Source: Felis catus (Eukaryota). Taken from it: a DNA stretch of 64,000 nt. The notes below the pieces were generated by a model, which was not told the DNA's origin, ran no database searches, and worked only from the letters and a program-made list of their open reading frames with translations. Positions 37,608-48,690 of the stretch are shown here, piece after piece; positions within the stretch are counted from its first letter, which is position 1; each line of letters opens with the position of its first letter. Position numbers and translations under genes: made by a program. The stretch spans positions 31,684,001 to 31,748,000 of the forward strand of contig NC_058368.1 of assembly GCF_018350175.1 (NCBI RefSeq). Reading direction: 5' to 3'.

Positions 37608-37642
37608 TGTGTGTGTGTGTGTGTGTGTGTGCATGTGTGTGT
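37608..37642. repeat. (TG)n microsatellite
   Basis: Direct reading. Confidence 0.95.
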
Positions 37643-39782
37643 ATAATTTATTTTCTCAAATTCAAATATATAAAGAGCTATTGAAGAACAGGCCTTAGAT
37701 ATTTGTTTTGTCTGACTTCTTGGAGTCTTTTTATGTGAGGTCATTTTGAAATAATACAATCTTCAACCTCATTTGCTCTCCCCAACTTGTCTCATAAATA
37801 CTAACTATATAATTCTGCTTTTGCCATACCATGTCTGCATAGATGTGACATTCCTTAATCTCTTTGTCCCACAGTGAATTTTGGAGATTAAAGAAATAAA
37901 TGGGATGCAGTTTAGAGATTATTTTATTGTGATTGTATGCACACCCTAGTACTCTCTATGAAAGCAGAAGAGTGTATTTTTAAGCATTCTTTGAGCTACC
38001 TGTCAAAGTTAATTTGTGTCAATTATACTGCTATTGATATACACTTTCAAGGTGGAGAATCATACAGCACATTTTAGTTTTTCAGGACTTAGTTTTCTTC
38101 AGGAAAAGTATTTTTTTTCCTAGCTTATTTGCTTTTTAACTACTGAAAGTTGTCATACCCTTGATCCATACACCATATGAATACAAATGCAGATTTTAAC
38201 ATATAATTACTTCCCTGTACCTTGTCTTTGTAGCCTCTTTGTATCCTGAGGATATAGTGCTCAAACGAGTTTTTTTCCTCTGCATAACATCACTAATTCT
38301 GAAAAGAGGCAGAATTTCTGAGAAGGGTAAGATATCATTCTCTGCGAAGAACACTTGATAAGAACTCCTCACGTTTGAGATTGGGAAAAGAAAAAGCATT
38401 ATTTTTGGTCTGAAATATCACCCATTCACAACGTGTCAAAAGAGACCACTGCTGTCTGCATTAGTCAATTTTTTGGAGCCATCTGCCCTCACTGTGGGAT
38501 ATAGTAGAGCCAGAATGAGCACTGCGGGTACCTGAGAAAATGCCAGAAGTGGTCTCAGTCAAGATAATTCATTGGCTGGTAGAGAAAGAATTCCCTGGCT
38601 TTAAGGAGATAGAGATTGAAAAGTAAGAAAAAGTTGCCCTTTAAAAGAATGTAGTGTATCCCAGAGTTCTTGCTCTTGTCTTTTGGCCCATACAATTTGC
38701 ATCTCTCTCTCTCTCTTCAAAGTGTCAATAACACTGTGGAAAGAATAAAACATACTATTTGGTGGAAAGAACAAACTATCCTGCTGCAAACGAACACCCT
38801 ATGTATCTCTGACTAAATTGACTACATAATAAGAGCAAAGCAAATGGTGAGGAAAAGCACATTATATCTCTTTTAGGCTCGTTGCCTGATTTTACTGACT
38901 ACAATATGTTTCCTTTTAATCTTTCAGTATATGTATTTATTTTTAGAATTCTCAAAGAAACATTTATGTCAACTAATTAAAAATTTTATTAGCAGTAAAA
39001 TCTCTAATATATTGGTTTCTTGACAAGTAGATAGCCCCAACTAAGTCCTACGTTTTAGTTTCAAAACATTCCTGAAAGGGAATTTATGTTAACATATTTA
39101 AGCAGTTTTCCCCTGTAATTAATTATTCCAGGTTATTTAATAGCTTAGAGGGGTATCTTGTTTCATTAATTTACATTAAATTAGTTTAACAAGTAGTATG
39201 TCAATCTGAGCCATACGCATTATTACTATCTTGATATTACAGAAGTAGATAGACCATTTCTGAGTTCAGTGAAATATAGTACATTATATTGGATATTAGG
39301 TAGGTTTGTTAAGTGATTTACTCCCTTCCTAACAACTTTTAGAAATAAGAATTTTATTGTTTGTTTTGTTTTTGTTTTTGTTATTATTTGCTATATGTCT
39401 GTAGAGCATTGGGAACTAAAGGGATACATTAAATACAAAACACTATTCTCTAGATCTTCCTGCCTTATTACTGCATGTGAATAGTCTAAATAATATATTG
39501 AAAATGTTATAAAAGATTGCAAAAAATAAATATTAGAGTATGGGTTATATTTTCTACATAAGGAAGGGGAGATCACTCCTAGCAAAGAAAATATGAGATG
39601 ATCTTGGTTAATGGGCAATTGCTCTGAACTTTAATAAAATAGTGTACGTTTAATGTTAGATATGTAGTTTGTCATAGTTTTTTTGTGATAAATTACTGGA
39701 GGTATTTGCTGTTAGTTAAAGGGTTATAAAAATTAACAGATATTTGATTTTTTCAAATCTTTGTATAAATGCATTTAATTTA

Positions 39783-39942
39783 GGGGCGCCTGGGTAGCTC
39801 AGTCGAGCCCTGCATCAGACTCTGTGCTGACAGTTCAGAGCCTGGAGCCTACTTTGGATTCTGCGTCTCCCTCTCTCTCTGCCCCTCCCCTGCTCATGCT
39901 CTGTCTCTCTCTGTCTCAAAAATAAATTAAAAAAAATTTGTT
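39783..39942 (+). mobile_element. Can-SINE with an internal deletion in the tRNA-derived head
   Basis: ggggcgcctgggtagctcagtcg joins directly to agccctgcatc. Perfect TSD taaatgcatttaattta at 39766-39782 and 39943-39959. Confidence 0.95.
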
Positions 39943-40493
39943 TAAATGCATTTAATTTACATGTTTGTATTGTATATTCTATATTATACATCATACATCA
40001 TATAACATATAGTATGTGTGAGTGTCTTGTATGGATTACCTATTATTGAAAATATAATTTGCAAAGAATTCTTATTACTTTATTTATCCTGGTTGATAGA
40101 TATTGGTTGGAAAAATATGTAATCTAAAGAGGACATTTCAATGTGCCTCACTATTGAAATTATTTCGCTGGATTTTGTACCAAGAATAAGCCAAGTCTGA
40201 ATGATCTATTCAATTGTATCAGGTTCATCAATTTCATAAAATTTGCTCTATTTCTATTGTTGGCAATTGCTATTTACTCCTAAACTCACAAAAATTAAAA
40301 GACAATCTTTCTCATTTACTCCTATAATTAATATAACTGGCAAGATGTTAGCTCCAAGGAATGAATATTATTTCCTTACATACATCCTACCTGGGCCTGG
40401 CAGATACCTTTTTTTTAAAATCAAATTTGATATGGAGAAAACATCTTTTATCAAAACAATAGTAAAGATGATAGTTGGTTATAAGTACCTGAG

Positions 40494-40912
40494 TGTATTC
40501 AACAATGTTTCTCCAAATTCATGTCTTACTCTGAACTTCAGAACGTGACCTTATTTGTAAATAGGGTCTTTGCAGATATAATGAAAGTGAGGTTTAGTCT
40601 GGGCCCTAAATCCAATGTCAGTGCTCTCATAACAAAGAAAAGGACACACAGAAACAAAGACTATATGGAGGCAAAGATTATAAAGTGATGCAGCCACAAA
40701 AGGAAAATTGCTGGGGGCCTGTAAGAAGCTAGGCAGAGGCAAGGAAGTATTCTTCCAGGAAGGATTCTTCCCTAGAGCCTTCATGGGGAGCACAGCTGTT
40801 CCAATACCTGGATTTCAGACCTCCAGCCTCCAGAAGTGTGAGAGAACAAATTTCACTTGTTGTAAACCACCAAAATGTGGTAATTTGATATAGCAGCCCG
40901 AGGAAACTGACA
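40494..40912 (+). mobile_element. MaLR solo LTR (MLT1B/C-like)
   Basis: cagaacgtgaccttatttgtaaatagggtctttgcagat...ccctagagccttca...cagcctccagaagtgtgagagaacaaatttc...gcagcccgaggaaactgaca. Confidence 0.85.
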
Positions 40913-41129
40913 GTGACCTATTAGGTATACTTGGCATTGTATGGTTTTTGATGTCTTGGTACCTGAATCTAATCATCTTTTGTGGATGAACTATATATTT
41001 TCATCCACTGCTCCCCCCGTGTGCCCAGTCTTCACAAGAACAGGGTTCCAGCAGTCTCCTTGTTTTCACTGAGCTTTCCTGTCTGTGTGACCAATCTCCT
41101 TAACTATAATACATCCTAAGAAGGAATAG

Positions 41130-41640
41130 AAAGTCATAAACCCATCTCTTGATTTCACATTGCTTTCCAGATAATATTTCTTCTCTCCTCTCCTTTAATA
41201 TAAAATTTTGTCTATATCTACTATCTGCTTTGCTTCTTCCCATTTTTCCTTGAGCAACTAGTGGCTAAAATAGGTAAGTTTGTCCATAACATTCTACTAA
41301 AACAATCTTTTGTCAGGGTAATTACCACATTTGTCAAACCCACTAGTAAATTCTCAGTACTTACCTTTTGTCCTCTCAACACCAGTTAAGCATTTGAATG
41401 CTACTTTGAACACATTTTTCACTTTGTTTTGAGGAGTCATATTCTCCATGTTCCTTTTACTTGACTATCATTCTCACTCTCCTGAACTCTCATTTTCTTG
41501 ACCTTTAAATAATCAAGCTTCAGTCCTTGTACCTTTTTTCGTCATTATTCTTTTCTTTTCATTGTATTTCCATTCAGTGTCAAGACTTTTAAATATCCTC
41601 TGTGGGTAATATTTCTGAAATGGAAATATCTAGCCTAAAT
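41130..41640 (+). mobile_element. L2 relic
   Basis: aaattctcagtacttacctttt, ttcattgtatttccattcagtgtcaagacttttaaatatcctctg are L2-like blocks. Confidence 0.45.
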
Positions 41641-43824
41641 TTGGAACTGACTATAAATGAATAACCAAATAAGCAAAATGAATTTGGGGGTTAAATTCCA
41701 TTTAAAACATTGTAGTATTGAGACTATAAATTCAGGTTCCTAACTAAGTACATAATTCATTAAATTCTTACACTTATTAATGGAGACTGATGTGAAGAAA
41801 AGACATGGAAGAGAGTTCTGGGATTCCATAGGACTTGGGGAATTTATTTCATTATAGCAGACTGCTGAATTCTTTTCTTTCTACTCAATGAGGGAGCCTT
41901 AATTTTTTTTTTCAGGTTTATAATGCAAACTGTTATAGGAACACATTTACCAATATTCTGGAATGTAGGCATGACAAGTGTCTATGAAGGCCAATGAAAT
42001 ATAGCTAACCTCTGTATTACAGAAAGAATGAGTCCTTTGTCTTTTTTTCCTCATTTCTGCTTTTTTTGAATATCGATAAAGTGCCTGAAGTATCAGCATC
42101 CATCTTAGCTGAGCAGGTGGCCAGGAGGATGAAGGTCATGGATGGCTCACCAAAAAGAAAAAGAGGGAAGTAGTGTCTGAAGATAACCTATGGAGTCACC
42201 ATGCCAGCCTTGAACTACTTTCCTGTCTGGCATGTTTATATTACTGTCTCTAAGTCTCTATTACTCTAATCCAAACCTAATCTTAGCTGGCACTTTACTT
42301 TGTGTTTGCAAGTAAAGTGCTTAAGTTAAAAAAAAAAAAACACTAAAAATTCAATTTGGCTAAATAAAGGATTTGAGGCTTTGGGAGATTATAGACCAAA
42401 AATCTGGGAAGCTTTAACAATCTGCGATAAAACATTCTACAGATAACTTTCTATACCTTGGAATCTTGCCCTATACCTATGGTTAAGAGCAATAATTGAA
42501 GAAATAATGAAATTTGGTGTAGGTTTGCACTTCTTTATCAGTAAAAATCTATGAGTTAGATAAAATCAGACTGAAGCCAGAAGGTTTTCAATACAGATGG
42601 ATAAACTAAGAGAATCCTACTTATAGCATACAAAATAAGTTGACTGAATATTGTGTATTTTGGAATTTTAAAGGCTGTAAAAGTTATTGGTTTCTTAAAT
42701 TAAGAGTGTTGTTCTGGGCGGAGGTACAATCACAGCTTTGGAAGATACAATGACATCCAATCATATAAAGGTCATAAGTCTTTGGCCAATGAAAGTGGTA
42801 GCTGTGTTAGCTTTGCATTCAAACCTATTGTTTTAAAGGTCTTAATGTAGCTACACTTTTTTTGGAGACTAGATGGATAAGCAAAATATACAAGGAAATA
42901 ATACAAAATAATGATGTTCAAGATTAAAACCTGCGAGCCTGTAGAGAGAATATGTTTTATGCTTCTGCACACTGAGAGCTTTTGGAGCACATTTTACTGA
43001 AACTTAGGGCCTGGGCTTCCTGGAACTTTATGACTCATTAGCAAATGGGAACCCCAGAGAGATTTCCTTAGAGAAAGATTTCAAGAAGTGATAAGACTTG
43101 GGACTATGAGACACTATAGATTACAGAGCAGGACATACTTGTCTATCTTTCTTTAGGAAAAATTTGCTTATAATCCAAAGATTTACAATAATAGCTCTGA
43201 GTTTTCCCTATTTGTGTTTCCAGGAAGATTCTCAGTTAGGGAGAGAGAACAATTGACCCTTTCTTTTATGTAAACACCTAGATTCATTTTATTGGTGTTC
43301 CTTGCCTACAATAAAACCCACACAGGGAAAGTGATAGCTGTTTTTCATTGCCTCAGGGTAAGAATTTGGGCACAGAAGAACCACATACTTATTACTTATA
43401 TTAAAGCAAATAATAATTGATTCTGCACCCAAAACCTTGTGTGTACATTTATGATATTATCAATAAATACAGATACTAAAAATGTAAAACAAATATTTTG
43501 CAAAAGGGTTGAATGCCAGATTTTCCTGTGGAACTTCTAAACAGCAAACAGACTAGACATTGGTTGGATTTTTGATGAAATTTTCATGTCAGAGAAACCC
43601 CAGCCTCGCCTAAAATAGACCAAGACTATTCAATGCTTAACAGAGCACAAGATCTCTTTCCTCTTATTACTAAGAAGTTTGCTGCTAAAGCTGTGAAGCC
43701 CTCATGTAGCCTTTACACTCCAAAACCCAACCCAGATAAGGCACAGAGAATAAAGGGCAAGTAGGTCCTTCTCAGCAAATAGAAGGAAAGACTGAAAAGA
43801 AGTAGGGAAGATCAATGAAATGAA

Positions 43825-45160
43825 AGATAAAAATCATATGATTATCTCAATAAATGCGGAAAAAAGCATTTGGCAAAACTCAACATCCATTCATGATAAA
43901 AATTCTCAATAAACTAGGTGTAGAGGGAACATATCTCAACATAATAAAAGGCATATATATCAAGCCCACTGCTGTTACTATACTCAACAGTAAAAAGCTG
44001 AAAACTTGTTTCTGTATAAACAGAAACAGTGCAGAGGCGTACAATCTTATCACTTCTCTTTAACACAATACTGGAAATTCAGGCCAGAAAAATCAAGGAA
44101 GGGGAAAAAAAACAAGGATTCAAATTGGAAAGAAAGAAGAAAAATTGTCTCTGTTTGCAGATGACATTATCTTATATACTGAAAACCCCAAAGACTGGGA
44201 AAAAAAAAATGCCTATTAGAACTAATTATTAAGTGAACTTAGGAAAATTTCAAGATACAAATCAACACACAAAAATAAGTTGCACTTCCAAATGCTAATA
44301 ACAAACTTTCTTAAAAAAAAAAAAACAACTAAGAAAACAGTGCTATTTACAATATCATTTAAAATAATTAAATACTTAGGAATTAATTTAACCAATAAGG
44401 TATTGGCCTAAAAACAGACACATAGGGGTGCCCGGTGGCTCAGTCGGTTTGAGCCCCCCATTGAGCTCTCTGCTGTCAATGTGAAGCCTGCTTCGGATCC
44501 TCTGTCCCTGTCTTTCTCTGCCCCTTCCTTGCTCACATACGCTCTCTGAAAAATAAACATTTAAAAACAAAATAAAACAAAAAACCAGACACATAGATCA
44601 GTAGAACATAACAGACAGCCCAGAAAAACACACATCTGTGGCCAACTAATTTTTTAGAAAGCCACCAAGAATGCAATTATCTTTTCAATAAATGGTGTTT
44701 GGAGAACTTCATATCCAATATTGGATTGCCATGGTTTGCATATTCATGTAAATTAGCATGAACTGAATATTCAATAGAGTACCACTGGATCATGCAAAAG
44801 AGTGAAATTGGACCCTTATCATTCATACATAAAAATCAACTCCAAATGGATTAGAGACTTTAAAATAAGATATGAATCTCTAAAACTTGTAGAAAACAAA
44901 AGTTCCTTGACATTGGCTTTGGTAATGGTTTTATGGATTTTACACCAAAAGCATAGGCAACAAAAGTGAAAACAAAAAAGCGGGGCTATGTCAAACTAAA
45001 AATGTCTTCACAGCAAAGGAAACAATCAACCAAATGAAAGGCGACTATAGAATGGAAGAAAATATTTGTGAACCACATAGCCAGTAAGGGGTTAATATCC
45101 AAAATATATAAGAAACGCTTACAATTGAGCAGCAAAAAGAACTAAATAACCAATTTTTAG
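43825..45160 (+). mobile_element. L1 ORF2 (RT and downstream) fragment with an internal deletion, a SINE insertion and a short foreign insert
   Basis: ORF 43854-44063 [29 protein letters not shown]; ctgtttgcagatgacatt (LFADD); later ggggttaatatccaaaatatataagaa (GLISKIYK). Confidence 0.88.
44425..44581 (+). mobile_element. Can-SINE with an internal deletion in the head
   Basis: ggggtgcccggtggctcagtcggtt|tgagccccc; TSD aaa(a/c)cagacacatag. Confidence 0.92.
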
Positions 45161-45379
45161 AAAAAAAGAGAGGTCAGCTAAGCACCTATATATATTGAAT
45201 TTGTCAATGGACAGGGCTCATGTGATTGACTTGAGCAGAGGCTACATCTTGTTAAATTTTAATAAACTTGATTTAGAACAAGTAAATGGGATCATGAGGG
45301 GAATTTTACTTATTTCCGGTTGATCTGTTATAGTTGCTTGGTTGAGAGAATTACGTATATTATTTAAATAATAAAGCAA

Positions 45380-45960
45380 CATATTTTTCCCCTGATCCCA
45401 ATATATTTTCTACGTGGTAGTCAAAATTATATTTTTAAAGTTAAATCTAATCTTGTCCTACCTCTGATTAATGCCATCAGTGTTATCTAATTGCATTTAG
45501 GATACACTTTATATTGTAAACAAAGTCTGTTCAGGATTTTGCATTTCATATAGGTCTGGCTACTGCTTCTCTTTAGCCTCATATCTTACCTCTACCTCCT
45601 TTGCACTATATACTGCAGCAGGTTAAATGTCTTTCAATTTCAAAACACACTACTGTATTTTTCTTGTGACCTGTTGCACATAATACTCTTTTCTTCTTGT
45701 TTGTTTGGCTAATTCATATACATTTTTCAACATCAGTTTAGATGTCATTTACTCTGGGTAGGTTTTTCTGACCCTAGAGTAAACATTATGCCGTTCTTTT
45801 CATCTACTGTTATAATTGCCTGTCCATTTTCACTCTAGATTGTAAACACTATAACTTATTTTCTCATTGTACTTGTTTCCATATGAATCATTGAGGATCA
45901 GAAAGGTTAAGGTAATTGATCTAGTTCACACAGATAATCAGTGGCAGAGTCTGGCCCTTT
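45380..45960. mobile_element. L2 relic (+) followed by a MIR relic (-)
   Basis: aaatctaatcttgtcctacctctgattaa...cagtttagatgtcatttactctgggtagg...ctagattgtaaacac; then tgaggatcagaaaggttaaggtaatt...agtggcagagtctgg. Confidence 0.5.
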
Positions 45961-45974
45961 CATAGATCTTTTAA

Positions 45975-45978
45975 TATA

Positions 45979-46028
<50 letters not shown>
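45975..46028. repeat. (TA)n microsatellite
   Basis: Direct reading. Confidence 0.95.
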
Positions 46029-46030
<2 letters not shown>

Positions 46031-47464
46031 ACTTAAACTTTTCCTGATTTGTACACAATTTTTTCTTGTACTTCTGATAGCTAAATATACACTTCACGTG
46101 TTTTATAGTATATTTTATGGATACCTGTTTTTCACACTTGTGTTCTGATCATGGTTTTAAGTATATGGCCAAGAAATTTATCATTACATTAAAACAAAAT
46201 GTCTTTATCTTTATAAAATACTATTTTTGGTGATAATTTTTATAAAAAATATGGAGCTTTTCTTCTATGAAATCATTTGCATTTTTCAAAATACATGGTA
46301 GCTAATTTTCCAAAAATGAATAATTATACATTCATTGAATCAGTTAAGAAAATTGAAGTCTAACATATATGACAGTCATTTAAAATATTTTTGATTTGGA
46401 AAAATCATAATTTTTAATAGCTCATTTAAATAGCTTTCATTGTGAATTCATTTTTCTTAATTTATTAAATGTATATAGTAACATTAACTTTATAATAATT
46501 ATGTTACTTACTCCTCAAATTTTTCTTTGTCTTCTTTTTATACTTTTTGCAAATGTAATGTTTGGAATGTAATAAGTCCGCATATGATTCTATCTCTGGC
46601 ATTTAATATCTGATGTTACTTATTGGCAAGTAATTTCATATATTAGAGCCTCAGTTTCCCCAAATGTAAACAAGTGATATAATGCTTAATTGAAAATTGG
46701 CTTTAATAGTTTATATATTTGTAAACTAAACACAAAAATGGGTTGTAGAAAACAATTATCCAATTAAAGCTTTCTATAAGAAAAAAAAAATAAAGGTACA
46801 GACTTCTATTTCCAAATATGACAGAGTAGCTTTTATTGGACTAATCCTCCTACTATGACAGTTGCAAATATTGGCAAACATATTTAAAAAAAATAATAGT
46901 TCTGAGGCCTTTGAAAATGACCAAAATCAGTCAGAAGCTGAACTAATTTAACCATGAACGACAAGCAAAACAACAACAGCAACAACAACAACAAAAAGCA
47001 ACTCACTTCACTTGATAAAATAGTGACTTTGTTCCTGAGGAAACTCCCAAGTTTGAACAGTTCACTAAATCTGATTTTAACCATAAAAGGAAATCATATT
47101 GACCTAGTAATCAAAACGTAAGTCAGGGATGCGAAAGAAAGTATAAAGTGGGACTCCATGAAATGAGTGAGCCAGAGATGATGAAGGCCCCAAATCTTTC
47201 TATAACTCTTCCCAAATGCTTGGGTGAACACTGAAATGGTCATGAATGGGCAGGGCTCCAGACAGTACAGGGAGAGATGAGCAGAGCGGGGCTGCTATTT
47301 CAATTGCTGCTAAATCAGAGAAGACATTCAGTATCACCAAGTACAAGTGACTTCACAAAGAACTTAGGTTTACCATGAAAACAACAAAAGTTCTGCCTTT
47401 AAGATAAAGATCATCTTCAAGTACTAAGGGATTTGGCCAAGGACTAAAAGAAAAAAAAATGTAA

Positions 47465-47661
47465 GGACGCTTGGATGGCTCAGTCCGTTGAGCATCCGAC
47501 TTTGGCTTATGTCATGATCGCATGGCTCATGGGTTCAAGCCCCATGTCGGGTTCTATGCTGACAGCTCGGAGCCTGGAGCCTGCTTCAGATTCTGTGTCC
47601 CCTCTTTCTCTGTGCCCGCTCGCGCACTCTGTCCCTCTCAAAAATAAACATTAAAAAAAAA
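47465..47661 (+). mobile_element. Can-SINE (SINEC_Fc-like)
   Basis: ggacgcttggatggctcagtccgttgagcatccgac...gctgacagctcggagcctggagcctgcttcagattctg. Confidence 0.93.
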
Positions 47662-48094
47662 GGAAAAATTTAATTTTAAAGTGATCTGCTAATATTTTAA
47701 CTAGTTGCCTGAGAGAACCCTTAGTAGTATTAAGAGACAAATACAAAATGCATGATATGCAATGCCCAGAGCACAAGAAAAATTATTAGGCAGGCAAAAA
47801 TATAAACCATAGTTATGAAAAATTATCAGGCCAAGAGGAAATATATATTGAAGAGTCTGTGAGAAGAAATAAAGATATAGTGTATGAAGTCATGATCAAT
47901 TTCAAGAGAGATTTGAAAACTGCCAAAAAGAACCAAATGGAAATTGTAGAACTGAAAATACAATACCTGCAATTAAAAACATTTTATATGCATTAATAGC
48001 AGCCTGGACACGGCAGAAGAAACAATTAGTAATAACCTGAAAACAGATCAATGGGTGTTATCTGCATTAAAACAGAAAGATGAAAACAAATGAT

Positions 48095-48690
48095 TCTACA
48101 CTAAAGGTGGTAGAGTGTAACTTCACACTATTGAAATGAATACTTAATATAATGACTTTCAGCCAAAGAGTATAGTACCAGCAGGGCGTGAGAATGGTGA
48201 ACAAGGTTAACATTATCAGCCACATGATAAGTACATATATATCACATGTATCTTTCATGTAATACAATGAGAGTGGCACTTCACTTTTGTGGTCTTTCTC
48301 CCAAAATTCATAACCCTAGTCTGAAAATAAGAAAACAACAGGCAACCCCAATTGGGGGATATAAAAATCTGACCACTCCTCTTAAAACTGTCTAAGGCAT
48401 CAACAAGGAAAGCCTGGAAGCTCTCATAGTCTTAGAGAAGTCTAGGAGGCTGAAGACTTAACTATACTGTGATTCCTTGCATGGAATTCTGGAGGAGAAA
48501 AAAGACATTCATTTAAAAGTAAGAAAATCTAGGTAAAGTGTGGACTTTAACTGATAAGTCAATATTGAAAAGTGTACAAAAGTAAGATGTTAGCAATGGG
48601 GAAATGGGGTGAGGTGTACAGGAACACTCTGTGCTGCCTTTGTAGCTCTTCTGTAAATCTAAAAATATTCTGAAATAAGTTTATTTTAAA
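48095..48690 (+). mobile_element. L1MC-type 3' UTR fragment nested in the older L1
   Basis: ggcacttcacttttgtggtctttctcccaaaa...ggaattctggaggagaaaaaagacatt...ttctgtaaatctaaaaatattctgaaataa matches the L1MC1-like 3' end as recalled. Confidence 0.75.
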
